Positions 9,431 to 18,206 of a DNA stretch of 46,780 nt are shown one piece after another (position 1 is the stretch's first letter; the number at the start of each line of letters is the position of its first letter). Source of the DNA: a virus (taxonomy: Duplodnaviria; Caudoviricetes); IMG/VR virus record IMGVR_UViG_3300022173_000087, positions 1 through 46,780 of that record; one strand, written 5' to 3'. A program made the translations under genes and the position numbers. The notes under the pieces are model-generated. The model worked only from the letters and a program-made list of their open reading frames with translations. It was not told the origin of the DNA and did not search any database.

Positions 9431-11475
9431 CAGCGCCTCCCGGCCGGAGCCCAGCGATAGCGGATGCGGCCGATGCGCCAGAAGCTGCCGACGTCACTCG
9501 ACTGCAGGGTGAACGACATCTGCCGGCCGCGGAATCTTGTCGAGATGTATTCGGTCGAACTGTCCATTGGATAGGGGCCATACTGCGTCGGTGTGTCACC
9601 GGGGAAGTTGATCACATTGAGGGTGATGGACACCTGCGCGGTCTGCGCGCCGCCGTAAGTCCCCCAGATCATGTCCGGAATAATCTGGTCGACGAAGGCG
9701 TAGTCTTCGCCCTCGGCGATGTAGAAATACCCGGTGGTGAACGACGCCGACATGGGCTCGCCATCGGCGTCGTTCGTTGTCTCCTGTTGGTAGAGAATTC
9801 CGGTTGATGTGCACGCGATCGGATTTCCCAGAATGGTCTGATCGATCCATGCCGAGCGCGGCAACAATCCGTAGTCCCACGGCACCGAAGGATCGGAAAT
9901 GTTGAACTTGACGTAGGAGTCGCACTCGCCGCTCACCGAGTTGGTCGATGGAAACAGCCAGCCCACCTCGTTGAACGGGGTGTTGGGCATGGCCCGCACG
10001 TTGCTGGCATACTCGGTATTCAGGCGCTGGAACACGAAATCCCAGACCGGACACTTCACCACGGAGACGCCGCTGCCGGTGTATGAATAGAAGTTGCTCG
10101 CACCCATCCAGTACACGCCATTGCGCAACTGCTGCGGAGAATGCGATGAGATGGCTCCAGCGCCAGCGCCGATCTTGTTGAAGCCGAACACCAGCGGGTA
10201 TCCGGCATAGTTCGCAGCCCACAGGTCCAAATCTGTCCAGAACAGGTTCTGGTTTGCCACCGCCATGCCTGCGCGCAGCGTGGAGCCGATGGGGACTCGA
10301 AAGGCACCGGCCTGGTTCGTGCTGAGCGCGCGAAACTCCGCGTAGTTTCCAAGGTCCGACCACCGGATCAGCATCGGATCCTGGTCGAGGCCGATGGCCT
10401 TCTCCGCTGTGGATCCCCAGCAGAACAGGATTTGCAGGGAGTTCGAGACAAAGATTCCGAGATTGAATGGCGGCGCGGTCGGCACCATGCGCGCCGTCAG
10501 AAATCCCCCGCTCGGGCTGTATTGGTAGAGCGCGCCGTTCATGGGACACGCCAGCGCGAGTTCGCCCCAGTTATCGCTGGTCCAGTCCGATGCCGTGATC
10601 TGCGAACCGGACGCGGCCGAGACGGAGATCCCCGTCCCGTAGCCTCCCTCTCCGTAGCCGCCAAGGCCATATCCCACGCCGCCGGCCGGAGGGCCAAACG
10701 TGATGTAGTACTGAATCGATGGGTCTCCGCCGTTCATCGAGAACGAGCCGTTCGCGCTCGCCTGGTCAGGAACCGTGATGGTGAAGTTGTTCGCATCGAC
10801 GACGGTATCGACCGCATAAGTCCCGAACACGGTGACGCCGTTTCCCGTGGTCGATGCCTGAAACGTCACGGCATCGCCGGCCGCTTGATTGTGTCCGGTG
10901 ATGGTGACGGTCACCGTCGCGGAATCATCCACCGTCGTAAAAGTCGGGACAGCACCGCCATTGTTGACCGTTGTCGCCGCGGCTGTGGCGGCGCTGATCG
11001 TGTACGACGTCGGTCCGGTAGACTGGATGATCGGATAGACGCCGCTAAGCACCAGTCCGCCGACAGCGATCGGCGTCAAAAGCATGATCGTATCGTAGCC
11101 GGTCACCGGGGCGGTCAGCGCATTGTCGAGGATCGTCACTGTGGTGGAACCGGCGACTGTGCTGAAATCGACGGTCGTCGGATTTGTCGTCAGCGTTCGC
11201 GGGGTGATGTCGACGTACGAATTATCCGTCAGAATGCCAAGCTTTGTGGTCGACCCGAGCAGCAGATGCTGCAGGTCGTTCAGATCCTGCCACGCATGCA
11301 TGTCGCGGGTGACGCCGGCCAGATTGAACCCGTACAGCCGCGACCACCCGCCATACTTCTGCGCGAGTCCTTCGCGGAAGCGGATGAGCTGGCTCTGCGA
11401 AATGCTGGCCTGCAACAGGGTCGGCGTCTTGGTGACGTCAACTCCCGGCAACAGGGTGACTGAGCCGAACGGCAC
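9430..11475 (-). CDS. Tail tubular protein B / P22 gp10-like nozzle (stabilisation) protein
   Basis: Probable GTG start (MPFGSVTLLPGV); IRWSD...QAG, EVGWLFPS...CDSYV, C-terminal RFRGRQ...WRIGRIRYRWAPAGRR. Confidence 0.75.
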   Translation of the reverse strand: MPFGSVTLLPGVDVTKTPTLLQASISQSQLIRFREGLAQKYGGWSRLYGFNLAGVTRDMHAWQDLNDLQHLLLGSTTKLGILTDNSYVDITPRTLTTNPTTVDFSTVAGSTTVTILDNALTAPVTGYDTIMLLTPIAVGGLVLSGVYPIIQSTGPTSYTISAATAAATTVNNGGAVPTFTTVDDSATVTVTITGHNQAAGDAVTFQASTTGNGVTVFGTYAVDTVVDANNFTITVPDQASANGSFSMNGGDPSIQYYITFGPPAGGVGYGLGGYGEGGYGTGISVSAASGSQITASDWTSDNWGELALACPMNGALYQYSPSGGFLTARMVPTAPPFNLGIFVSNSLQILFCWGSTAEKAIGLDQDPMLIRWSDLGNYAEFRALSTNQAGAFRVPIGSTLRAGMAVANQNLFWTDLDLWAANYAGYPLVFGFNKIGAGAGAISSHSPQQLRNGVYWMGASNFYSYTGSGVSVVKCPVWDFVFQRLNTEYASNVRAMPNTPFNEVGWLFPSTNSVSGECDSYVKFNISDPSVPWDYGLLPRSAWIDQTILGNPIACTSTGILYQQETTNDADGEPMSASFTTGYFYIAEGEDYAFVDQIIPDMIWGTYGGAQTAQVSITLNVINFPGDTPTQYGPYPMDSSTEYISTRFRGRQMSFTLQSSDVGSFWRIGRIRYRWAPAGRR

Positions 11476-11482
11476 TGGATGC

Positions 11483-12463
11483 CTATGTCTTGATGAGTGG
11501 AAGGAACGACACGATGGTCGGCTGGACGTTTTGCGACACGCCGCCACCGGTTGTGCTGATTGAAATGTTCGTTGTCGCGTTTGTGGTGGGGGCGCCCGAG
11601 GAGCTCCAAACTGCGTAAGAGACACCGGAACCGCTGCCTGCGTAGTTATTCAACCCTGTCGGCCAGTTGCCTGTGTGGCCATGGCCCGGATCGGCGACGC
11701 CGTGAGTATGTGCGTGAAAGATTTGCGAGCCGCCGGCTGCGCCCATGGTGGTGCCGGAGAAACCGCAGACTGCCGTTGTGAGGCGGCTTGAGAGCCCACC
11801 GCCGACGGTCGCTGCGATGTCGATACCCACGCGCGCGCGGTTGCGCTCGTCCGGAACGCCGAACGTGGTGATGCCGTTGCCGCCGAAGGTCGATCCCAGC
11901 AATTGCGCCAATTGTGGATAGAGCGATGAGGTGTGGATCGATCCATCCTTCACGAGATACGGCAGGACCGTGCACACCTGCATCCAAGGTGGCGTGGTCG
12001 AAATTCCATGCAGATCGAGCGCCGATCCCACCTCCTGCAAATCGACGTAGTCCATGTCGGTGCCGTCGAAGAACACATGTGCCTTGCGGCCCGGAGGCGC
12101 CCCGATGCTATTGCCGGTGCCCGTGGCAGGGGAAAGCTGGATCGATGTCGTTCCGGTGCACTTGTTGTTGACGATGTAGAATCCCGGCAGCGTGAATTGA
12201 ATGACGGCAGACCCGGTCTGCGCGCCGGTAAAGACGATCAGGGAATTCGAGCTCTGCGGGACCGTTCCGCCCCAGATGCCGGTGGTGGCCGGGACCGACA
12301 GCAGGATCGTCGTTGCGCTCGACAGCGAAATCGTCGTGCGACCGCCGAACATGGCGTCGATCAGTTGAAAGTCCGGGTTCAGCGCGGCTGTGCCCCACGT
12401 GCCCGGCAAGTCACCCGTGTTCGGCACAATGAGCGATTTATTGGTGGTGATCGGTTCGGTCAT
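11483..12463 (-). CDS. Tail fibre protein with tail-collar domain
   Basis: YLVKDGS...YPQLAQLLGSTFGGNGITTFGVPD collar motif; HTH/HGH motifs; NVQPT...IKT end. Confidence 0.8.
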   Translation of the reverse strand: MTEPITTNKSLIVPNTGDLPGTWGTAALNPDFQLIDAMFGGRTTISLSSATTILLSVPATTGIWGGTVPQSSNSLIVFTGAQTGSAVIQFTLPGFYIVNNKCTGTTSIQLSPATGTGNSIGAPPGRKAHVFFDGTDMDYVDLQEVGSALDLHGISTTPPWMQVCTVLPYLVKDGSIHTSSLYPQLAQLLGSTFGGNGITTFGVPDERNRARVGIDIAATVGGGLSSRLTTAVCGFSGTTMGAAGGSQIFHAHTHGVADPGHGHTGNWPTGLNNYAGSGSGVSYAVWSSSGAPTTNATTNISISTTGGGVSQNVQPTIVSFLPLIKT

Positions 12464-12480
12464 GGATCACGTCCTTGAGG

Positions 12481-13200
12481 TCATGTCCGGGGAGGCGTGG
12501 CTTGCGGCGACGGGCTTTCCGTCGACCAGCCCGGGCCCTGGAATTTCTTGCGGTTTTCTTCGACGGACGCCGAGGCCAGTTGCGTCTGGTAGTGGCTCTC
12601 CCACGTCACCGCGGCCTTCGGATCGTCGACCGCGCTGCCGAAGTTCTTCTGGTAGGCGGCGCCGAACACCATGGAGGCCGAGATCAGCAGGTCGGGGAAA
12701 TACACCGACAGGATTGTCGTTGTGTTTGTCGATGAGATCGCGGCGGGTCGGATCGTACCGGTAATCTCCGCCTGATAGGCCGCCGCGGGCCAAGGCCCGA
12801 AGGCGATCGATCCCTCGTTGTAGCGCGCGTAATACTGCGGGATGCTTGAGCCGTTGGAACTCGGGTAGAGCGCATTGAGAACGTCGATGCTGACCGGCTC
12901 CAGCGGATTCCGCGTGCCTTGCTCCGGGTCGACGGTTCCCGCCGGCGTGATCAGATTGATCTGGTCGACCACGATGAATGTTCCGGATGAGACCGGGAGA
13001 CTGAAGATGCGCGTGCTGGTCGACACCGCATTCGCGATATTGGTGACATTGGTCGACAGCAGATCGAGGTCCCGATAGATGCGAAGCTCCGCATCGTCGA
13101 TGATGTTCGGCAGCACGGTCTGGAAATTTGGATCCGCCGCAGGGACCACCAAAAGGTTGGCCAGTGACGAAACGTAGGTGCTGTAGGTCAATCCTGGCAT
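12481..13200 (-). CDS. Head-tail adaptor-like protein
   Basis: IIDDAELRIYRDL...PQYYA...FGPWP...PDLLISASM pattern of phage adaptor family; gene position. Confidence 0.65.
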   Translation of the reverse strand: MPGLTYSTYVSSLANLLVVPAADPNFQTVLPNIIDDAELRIYRDLDLLSTNVTNIANAVSTSTRIFSLPVSSGTFIVVDQINLITPAGTVDPEQGTRNPLEPVSIDVLNALYPSSNGSSIPQYYARYNEGSIAFGPWPAAAYQAEITGTIRPAAISSTNTTTILSVYFPDLLISASMVFGAAYQKNFGSAVDDPKAAVTWESHYQTQLASASVEENRKKFQGPGWSTESPSPQATPPRT

Positions 13201-13209
13201 TTCATATCC

Positions 13210-14478
13210 TCAATGCAGGAAGGCCACGGGGAACATCGAACCGACCGCCGCCGTGTAGGTCACAACGATGATGCCTTGCGCCCCGGCCGTTCCGGGGCCG
13301 GTGCCAGAATCGAAGCCACCACCACCGCCGCCACCAGCGCCGTATAAGCCGCCAGCACCACCCGCACCGGCGCTGGTGCTTCCACCACCGCCGCCGCCGC
13401 CAGCACCACCGCTGCCATGGCTGGCGTCCCATTCCGTTCCAGCGCCTCCCGCCGCACCAGGGCGACGGGTCGTAACGACGTTGTTAATCGCGCCACCACC
13501 GCCGCCGCCGCCGTTGGTCCCGGCAACGGCGTCAGAGGATGCAATCACGGCACCAGCGCCGCCTCCTGTCCCACCAAAGTTGTTTCCGCCGTTGCCGCCA
13601 GAAGATTCATCGGTGCGGTTCGCCGCGCCCGCGGTGCCGCCGCCACTGCCGCCGCCGCCACTGCCGCCGCCAGAACTTGCGCCGGATGCTGCGGCACCAC
13701 CTACGGCCCCATTGCCGTTGACGCTGCCAGCGCCGCCGCCCCCGCATCCTGTTCGGGTAGCGACGCCGTTGCTTCCGCCATTTCCCCCAGAGGTTTTGGT
13801 GGGTCCAACACCGCTTCCAGCAGCACCACCGGTGCCTCCTGTGGTGCCTGATGCGCCACCACCACCCTTCGCGCCGACCGAGGACGCACCGAGGGTGGCG
13901 CCGTTGAACCAGCTATCTCCACCAGTTCCTGCCGCGCCGCCACCGGTTCCGATCTGATAGGTGGCGCTGCCGCCGGCTGTCAGCACCAGATCTCCGATGG
14001 CCGAATAGCCAGCGCCACCACCACCGCCGCCGCCAACCGGCGCCGACGTGCCGTTTGCGCCGCCGCCGCCAGCACCCAACGCTTCAATCGCGTTGTCCCC
14101 CGAGTTCCAATCGGTCGGCACCGCGTAGACCTGATTGCTACCGGTGGGTGAGGTGAGAAACGTCACCGTTGCAAAGTCGTATGTTATGGTTTCCCCGAGC
14201 CACGGCCGCCAAGACGGCGAAGGCAGATTCCACAGTTCGCGCTCGATGCCGAGGTTCCCAGTAACGGCTGAGAACAGAAACGCATCTGCGTCTTCGCGGT
14301 CATCAAACCATCCGCGCCATACCAGGCCACCATCGGGCGACCGTGCAGTCAGGCGAAACCTGGTCTGCCGTTCAATTCCATAGATTGCCGAGCGCTGCGA
14401 TGGCTGGCGCCATTCCGCAGACCGCTGCGGCATCAGGAACTTGCCGCGAGCTGCGCCTTGTTCCGGGAGGATCAGCAT
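13210..14478 (-). CDS. Glycine-rich tail/virion protein
   Basis: ATG 14478 just after upstream stop; IEALGAGGGG...GAQGIIVVTY Gly-rich domain. Confidence 0.75.
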   Translation of the reverse strand: MLILPEQGAARGKFLMPQRSAEWRQPSQRSAIYGIERQTRFRLTARSPDGGLVWRGWFDDREDADAFLFSAVTGNLGIERELWNLPSPSWRPWLGETITYDFATVTFLTSPTGSNQVYAVPTDWNSGDNAIEALGAGGGGANGTSAPVGGGGGGGAGYSAIGDLVLTAGGSATYQIGTGGGAAGTGGDSWFNGATLGASSVGAKGGGGASGTTGGTGGAAGSGVGPTKTSGGNGGSNGVATRTGCGGGGAGSVNGNGAVGGAAASGASSGGGSGGGGSGGGTAGAANRTDESSGGNGGNNFGGTGGGAGAVIASSDAVAGTNGGGGGGGAINNVVTTRRPGAAGGAGTEWDASHGSGGAGGGGGGGSTSAGAGGAGGLYGAGGGGGGGFDSGTGPGTAGAQGIIVVTYTAAVGSMFPVAFLH

Positions 14479-14479
14479 G

Positions 14480-15100
14480 TCACCCCACATCCCAGCGGGC
14501 TTTGGCATGGGCCGAGATCGCGGCGTCGACGTCCATCGATTTGTTGATGTTGTGTTTTGCGGCCATCCTTGTTTTTTCAACCGCGGCAGCGAATTCGACC
14601 CACTGCTTGGCAGCGAGAAGCACAAGTTCAGCAACATCCGACAGTGTCTTGCCATCGATCCCAACGGTCGCGGCCAGGAGCGGGTAGTTCTCCGTCTTCG
14701 GATTAGGATCGCGAGCGCATGCCTCGGCCTCGGCCTTCTTTTGCAAATAGACCATCAACTGCCCGATGCCATGGGCTATGGACCTGCCACGGATCTCCTC
14801 GGCGGCATCGTCGATGCGCTGGCACAGTATTTTTTTGACGTCCGTGATGTCGCGTGGGGCGTATTGCCCACGCATCAGGATGCGCTTGCCGTCGAACTCG
14901 GGGGCCGATCCGCCGGCGCTGTCCTGGTAGAACTCACTAGGCGCCTGATCGTATTCGATCGGCACGATTTTCCAGTTTTTGTACTCCATCCCCTCAAATG
15001 AGCCGTGGGAGACGTCGCCGTTCGGCCAAACGACCGGATTGACCGTCCGCGGCCTGCCGACGATCTCTCCGGTTTCCTTGACGACGATGGCGTATCTCAT
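14480..15100 (-). CDS. Putative tail-fibre assembly chaperone
   Basis: ATGA overlap with the fibre gene; IDDAAEEIR...YLQKKAEAEA...YPLLAA...EKTRMAAK helical domain. Confidence 0.6.
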   Translation of the reverse strand: MRYAIVVKETGEIVGRPRTVNPVVWPNGDVSHGSFEGMEYKNWKIVPIEYDQAPSEFYQDSAGGSAPEFDGKRILMRGQYAPRDITDVKKILCQRIDDAAEEIRGRSIAHGIGQLMVYLQKKAEAEACARDPNPKTENYPLLAATVGIDGKTLSDVAELVLLAAKQWVEFAAAVEKTRMAAKHNINKSMDVDAAISAHAKARWDVG

Positions 15101-16581
15101 TGGTATGCCGCCCATCGATAGGTGGAAGAGCCATTGACTCTGCGGATCGACAGAAGAAACAGCGATGTCGCGTTGGCGATGTAGGGATCGCCCACCGGTG
15201 CCGATGTGGTTGCGTTGAAGCCGGACAGCGTGAGCGTCGACGCATTCGTGGTTCCCATGACCAGCACGTCGAGTTCGCCGTCTGTAGACGGCGCGGTGAG
15301 CGTACCGGTGCCAGCATTGCGCATGAACTGGATCGGGCCGTTGCCGCTGCTGAACGTGATCGACGTGCCGCCGCTAGTAGTGCCCGCGTTAAACGCGGTG
15401 AGAAAGACACCGCCGCTGAACGTCTGGTTGGTGTTGCGCAGGTTCAGGCTGAGTAAACCGTTTGCGCCGTTCGGGATGTAGTTGGTGCCGTCGGAGATCA
15501 GGCGGACGCTGGAGTTCGGTCCGAGCAGCCCGGTGGCGCCAACGCCGGTGAGGTTCGACGTGACGGGCGCAATCACGATGGCCGTTGCGCCCGAGTTCTG
15601 GAGGTCGACAAACCATCCGGGCCCGAACGGGCTGGCGACCGTCGATGAAGCCTGCGGCATGACGAATGTCGCCAGTGCGGCCGTCGAGAACGTGATCACC
15701 TGGCCGAGATCGCCGGTCACCGCTGTGTAAAGCGCGGTCTTGAGACTAGGATACACGACCCTCGTCAACGTGCCGGTGGTCGAGATCGTGCCGTTGGTGG
15801 TGCCGACGCCGAGCGATGACAGGCCGCCGCCCGCGGTGATGCTGGCAACTGCCGTGGAGATCGCAGGCGCTGCAAAGACCGGCGCCGTTGCCGAGCCGGT
15901 CGCCGTGAGCACATGCCCCGATGTCGTGGCGGCGACCACCTGCAGGGCCGACGTTGCATTGCCCAGCACGACGCCGTGGAGCGGCAGAGCCGTGGTCCCG
16001 ATGCCGCCGAACGGCACGATCAGGACGCTGGAGAGCAGCGCCGTAGCCGCGAAGTTGATGGCGCCGGCGGCGAGATTGGTGGAATGGACGGCGCCGACAT
16101 CGATCTGCGCCGATCCGATTGCCGCTGCGGTTATGTTCGCTCGCTGAACCGCGAGATTGCCGAGCTGGGTCGAGCCGATGCCGCCGTCCGTCACGCCAAC
16201 GATGAAGGTGGTGCCAGACGGGGTGACCGTGATCGAGGTGCCAGCCGTCACCGAGAACAGCGAGAGAATGGACGTGTTGACGCTGATCTCGACGGTGGTC
16301 GAGCCGGCCAAAGTGATCCCGGTCCCGGCCACGAACGAACTCGCGATGTTGCTCCATCCCGCGGCGTAGTTCGTCGTGGAGTTCTTTTGCAGGAACTGCC
16401 CGACGTCGCCACCGGTCGGCAGCCCGCCGAACGTCGTGGTCATGATCTGCGGGAGCAGCACCTGCACGGTCGTCGCGTTGCCGGACGCGGTCGTGTACGA
16501 CGCCTCGAACGCCATTGTGCTGGTTGCGACCGAGGTCGAAGCAAGGTCCAGAATGGTAACTGATGCAGGAATAATGGTCAT
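15097..16581 (-). CDS. Tail fibre/spike-like structural protein (Thr/Ala/Gly/Ser-rich)
   Basis: 494 aa; AGTGITL/AGTSITV/AGGGLS repeats; GHVLTATG...PVF fibre motif. Confidence 0.65.
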   Translation of the reverse strand: MTIIPASVTILDLASTSVATSTMAFEASYTTASGNATTVQVLLPQIMTTTFGGLPTGGDVGQFLQKNSTTNYAAGWSNIASSFVAGTGITLAGSTTVEISVNTSILSLFSVTAGTSITVTPSGTTFIVGVTDGGIGSTQLGNLAVQRANITAAAIGSAQIDVGAVHSTNLAAGAINFAATALLSSVLIVPFGGIGTTALPLHGVVLGNATSALQVVAATTSGHVLTATGSATAPVFAAPAISTAVASITAGGGLSSLGVGTTNGTISTTGTLTRVVYPSLKTALYTAVTGDLGQVITFSTAALATFVMPQASSTVASPFGPGWFVDLQNSGATAIVIAPVTSNLTGVGATGLLGPNSSVRLISDGTNYIPNGANGLLSLNLRNTNQTFSGGVFLTAFNAGTTSGGTSITFSSGNGPIQFMRNAGTGTLTAPSTDGELDVLVMGTTNASTLTLSGFNATTSAPVGDPYIANATSLFLLSIRRVNGSSTYRWAAYQ

Positions 16582-16985
16582 CGGATGCCCGCGAGATCGG
16601 CTGCGCTGAGGTTTCCAGGGACGGCCACGATGCGCTCGATGACCGAAGCGGCGCCGGTGCCCTGCGGGACGCCTGCGATGGCGCGCACGATGCCGTTGGC
16701 CGTGTACCGCGTCGAAACCGGTTGTTCGTCGATGGTGTACTGCTCGGGCCGCGCGTTCATAATCGGCGGCGGGTCCGGCGGAATGATCAGGATGCCGAGC
16801 TGGCGCTGGGGCACATCCATTTCATCCGGATAGACGAGAACCTTGGTGTTGATCAGCGACTTGCCGCGCCACTGGAACTGCCACTGCATGTTCTCGTGGT
16901 TGCCGATGAAACCGCTGCGGTCCGACGTCGCCCATGCGCGCGGCGACGTTGCATCGACTTTGGCGCGCTTCGGATGCGGCCTCAT
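16578..16985 (-). CDS. Conserved phage virion-module protein (degenerate Zn-ribbon type)
   Basis: AWATSDRSGF...WQFQWRG...PQRQL...PDPPPIMNARPE. Confidence 0.65.
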   Translation of the reverse strand: MRPHPKRAKVDATSPRAWATSDRSGFIGNHENMQWQFQWRGKSLINTKVLVYPDEMDVPQRQLGILIIPPDPPPIMNARPEQYTIDEQPVSTRYTANGIVRAIAGVPQGTGAASVIERIVAVPGNLSAADLAGIR

Positions 16986-17113
16986 CGAAGCGCCTCCAAT
17001 TCCGCCATGATGCGCCGCTCGAAATCGGCGATGATGTCTGGGATGGACCGCTCAAGATCTGGGTCGGCAGCGATCAAACGCGCCATTTCCGCTATGTATT
17101 TTTCCAAACTCAT
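16982..17113 (-). CDS. Small helical protein, 43 aa, not in ORF track (MSLEKYIAEMARLIAADPDLERSIPDIIADFERRIMAELEALR)
   Basis: ATGA overlaps with both neighbours and fills the gap exactly. Confidence 0.7.
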   Translation of the reverse strand: MSLEKYIAEMARLIAADPDLERSIPDIIADFERRIMAELEALR

Positions 17114-17808
17114 CGGTAGTACCCCTGCATGCTAGGCGAGATGCTGAGGTTGACGTTCTCGGTATCCTGCGCCGCGGCGATGTCCCACGCCTCTTTGGCG
17201 TCGACCTTGCGCATGGCCTCAACCTCGGGCGCGTAGATGCGGCTCAGGCGGTGCGCGAGGCCTGCCACCAGCGCGTCGATCCAGCGGTACGGCACATTGG
17301 GGGTTTCGCCGCCGTACAGGTTGGCATCCTGCATCTGGGTGCAGGCGTAGTAGTTCAGCGTGTAGGGGCCATTGCCGTCGGGCACCGTCCACAAGGTGAT
17401 GGTGGGGTCGATGGTCCGGTCGAACCAGTACGAGGTGGGCTGGCCCTGCGTCTGCTTCTGACCGATCGCCGCATAATCGGTGCGGCTCATGGGCGAGATA
17501 TAGCGGTCGGTCTGGTTCGACGTGCCGTAGTTCAGGCTGATGTAGGCGTCCAAGACCATGACGACCTTGGCGTCGACGTCGTAGGTTTCGGTGCCCTCAA
17601 CCAGCGTCTCGGAGACGAGGGTCACAGTCCAAAGATTTGGCTGGAGATTCGACAGCGTGGACAGCAGGAAGTTGAACTCCCGCTGCGCCGAAAGCATGTG
17701 TTCCTGACGCAGCGACGGCGCGCGAATCCTGCACCGCTCGAAAGCCGACAGCACAAGGCTGCCGTTGCTGGCGGTCGATGAAAACGTATAGGTGCCGGAA
17801 GAGGCCAT
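17110..17808 (-). CDS. Head-tail connector / tail tubular protein A-like
   Basis: MASSGTYTF...SAFERC...FNFLLSTLSNLQPNLWT...GQPTSYWFDR...ALVAGLAHRLS. Confidence 0.7.
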   Translation of the reverse strand: MASSGTYTFSSTASNGSLVLSAFERCRIRAPSLRQEHMLSAQREFNFLLSTLSNLQPNLWTVTLVSETLVEGTETYDVDAKVVMVLDAYISLNYGTSNQTDRYISPMSRTDYAAIGQKQTQGQPTSYWFDRTIDPTITLWTVPDGNGPYTLNYYACTQMQDANLYGGETPNVPYRWIDALVAGLAHRLSRIYAPEVEAMRKVDAKEAWDIAAAQDTENVNLSISPSMQGYYR

Positions 17809-17924
17809 GGCGCGCCCTGCACATCGAAGGCAGGGCGTCTGCCGGGTATTTCGGTAGCGGCGCGCTACGGACGGGGTTGTATCAGAAGTCGGGCGGGGGG
17901 TCTATTGGATCGGCGGCGCGACGG

Positions 17925-18191
17925 TTAACGTTTCATCAGGATGCTGGAGGGCCCGCGCTTCCGGTTTCCGTCCTCGACCTCGCTCAGGATCGCCCGCTGA
18001 AGGCTGGCGCAGCCCATGTGGAGGTCGGCCGCAGCGGTGCCGGTCATGGCGTGGGAATACCCGGACTTCATGCACACCACGATGCCTACGGAATGGAAGG
18101 CGCCGCGCTTGGCCTGGGCCAGCGTTTCCTCCAGCATTGCCACCACGTTCTGCTCGGCCTCGCCGAGGGGCTTGATCAGGATTTCAGACAT
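17925..18191 (-). CDS. Hypothetical protein (88 aa)
   Basis: AGGAG SD; follows terL. Confidence 0.65.
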   Translation of the reverse strand: MSEILIKPLGEAEQNVVAMLEETLAQAKRGAFHSVGIVVCMKSGYSHAMTGTAAADLHMGCASLQRAILSEVEDGNRKRGPSSILMKR

Positions 18192-18206
18192 CGGACTCCT
18201 CCAGTT

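Noticed and set aside
13260-14070. CCG/CCA-rich repeats as a tandem repeat, CRISPR or DGR element
   Set aside because: Explained by poly-Gly codons; no spacers, cas or reverse transcriptase gene in the window.
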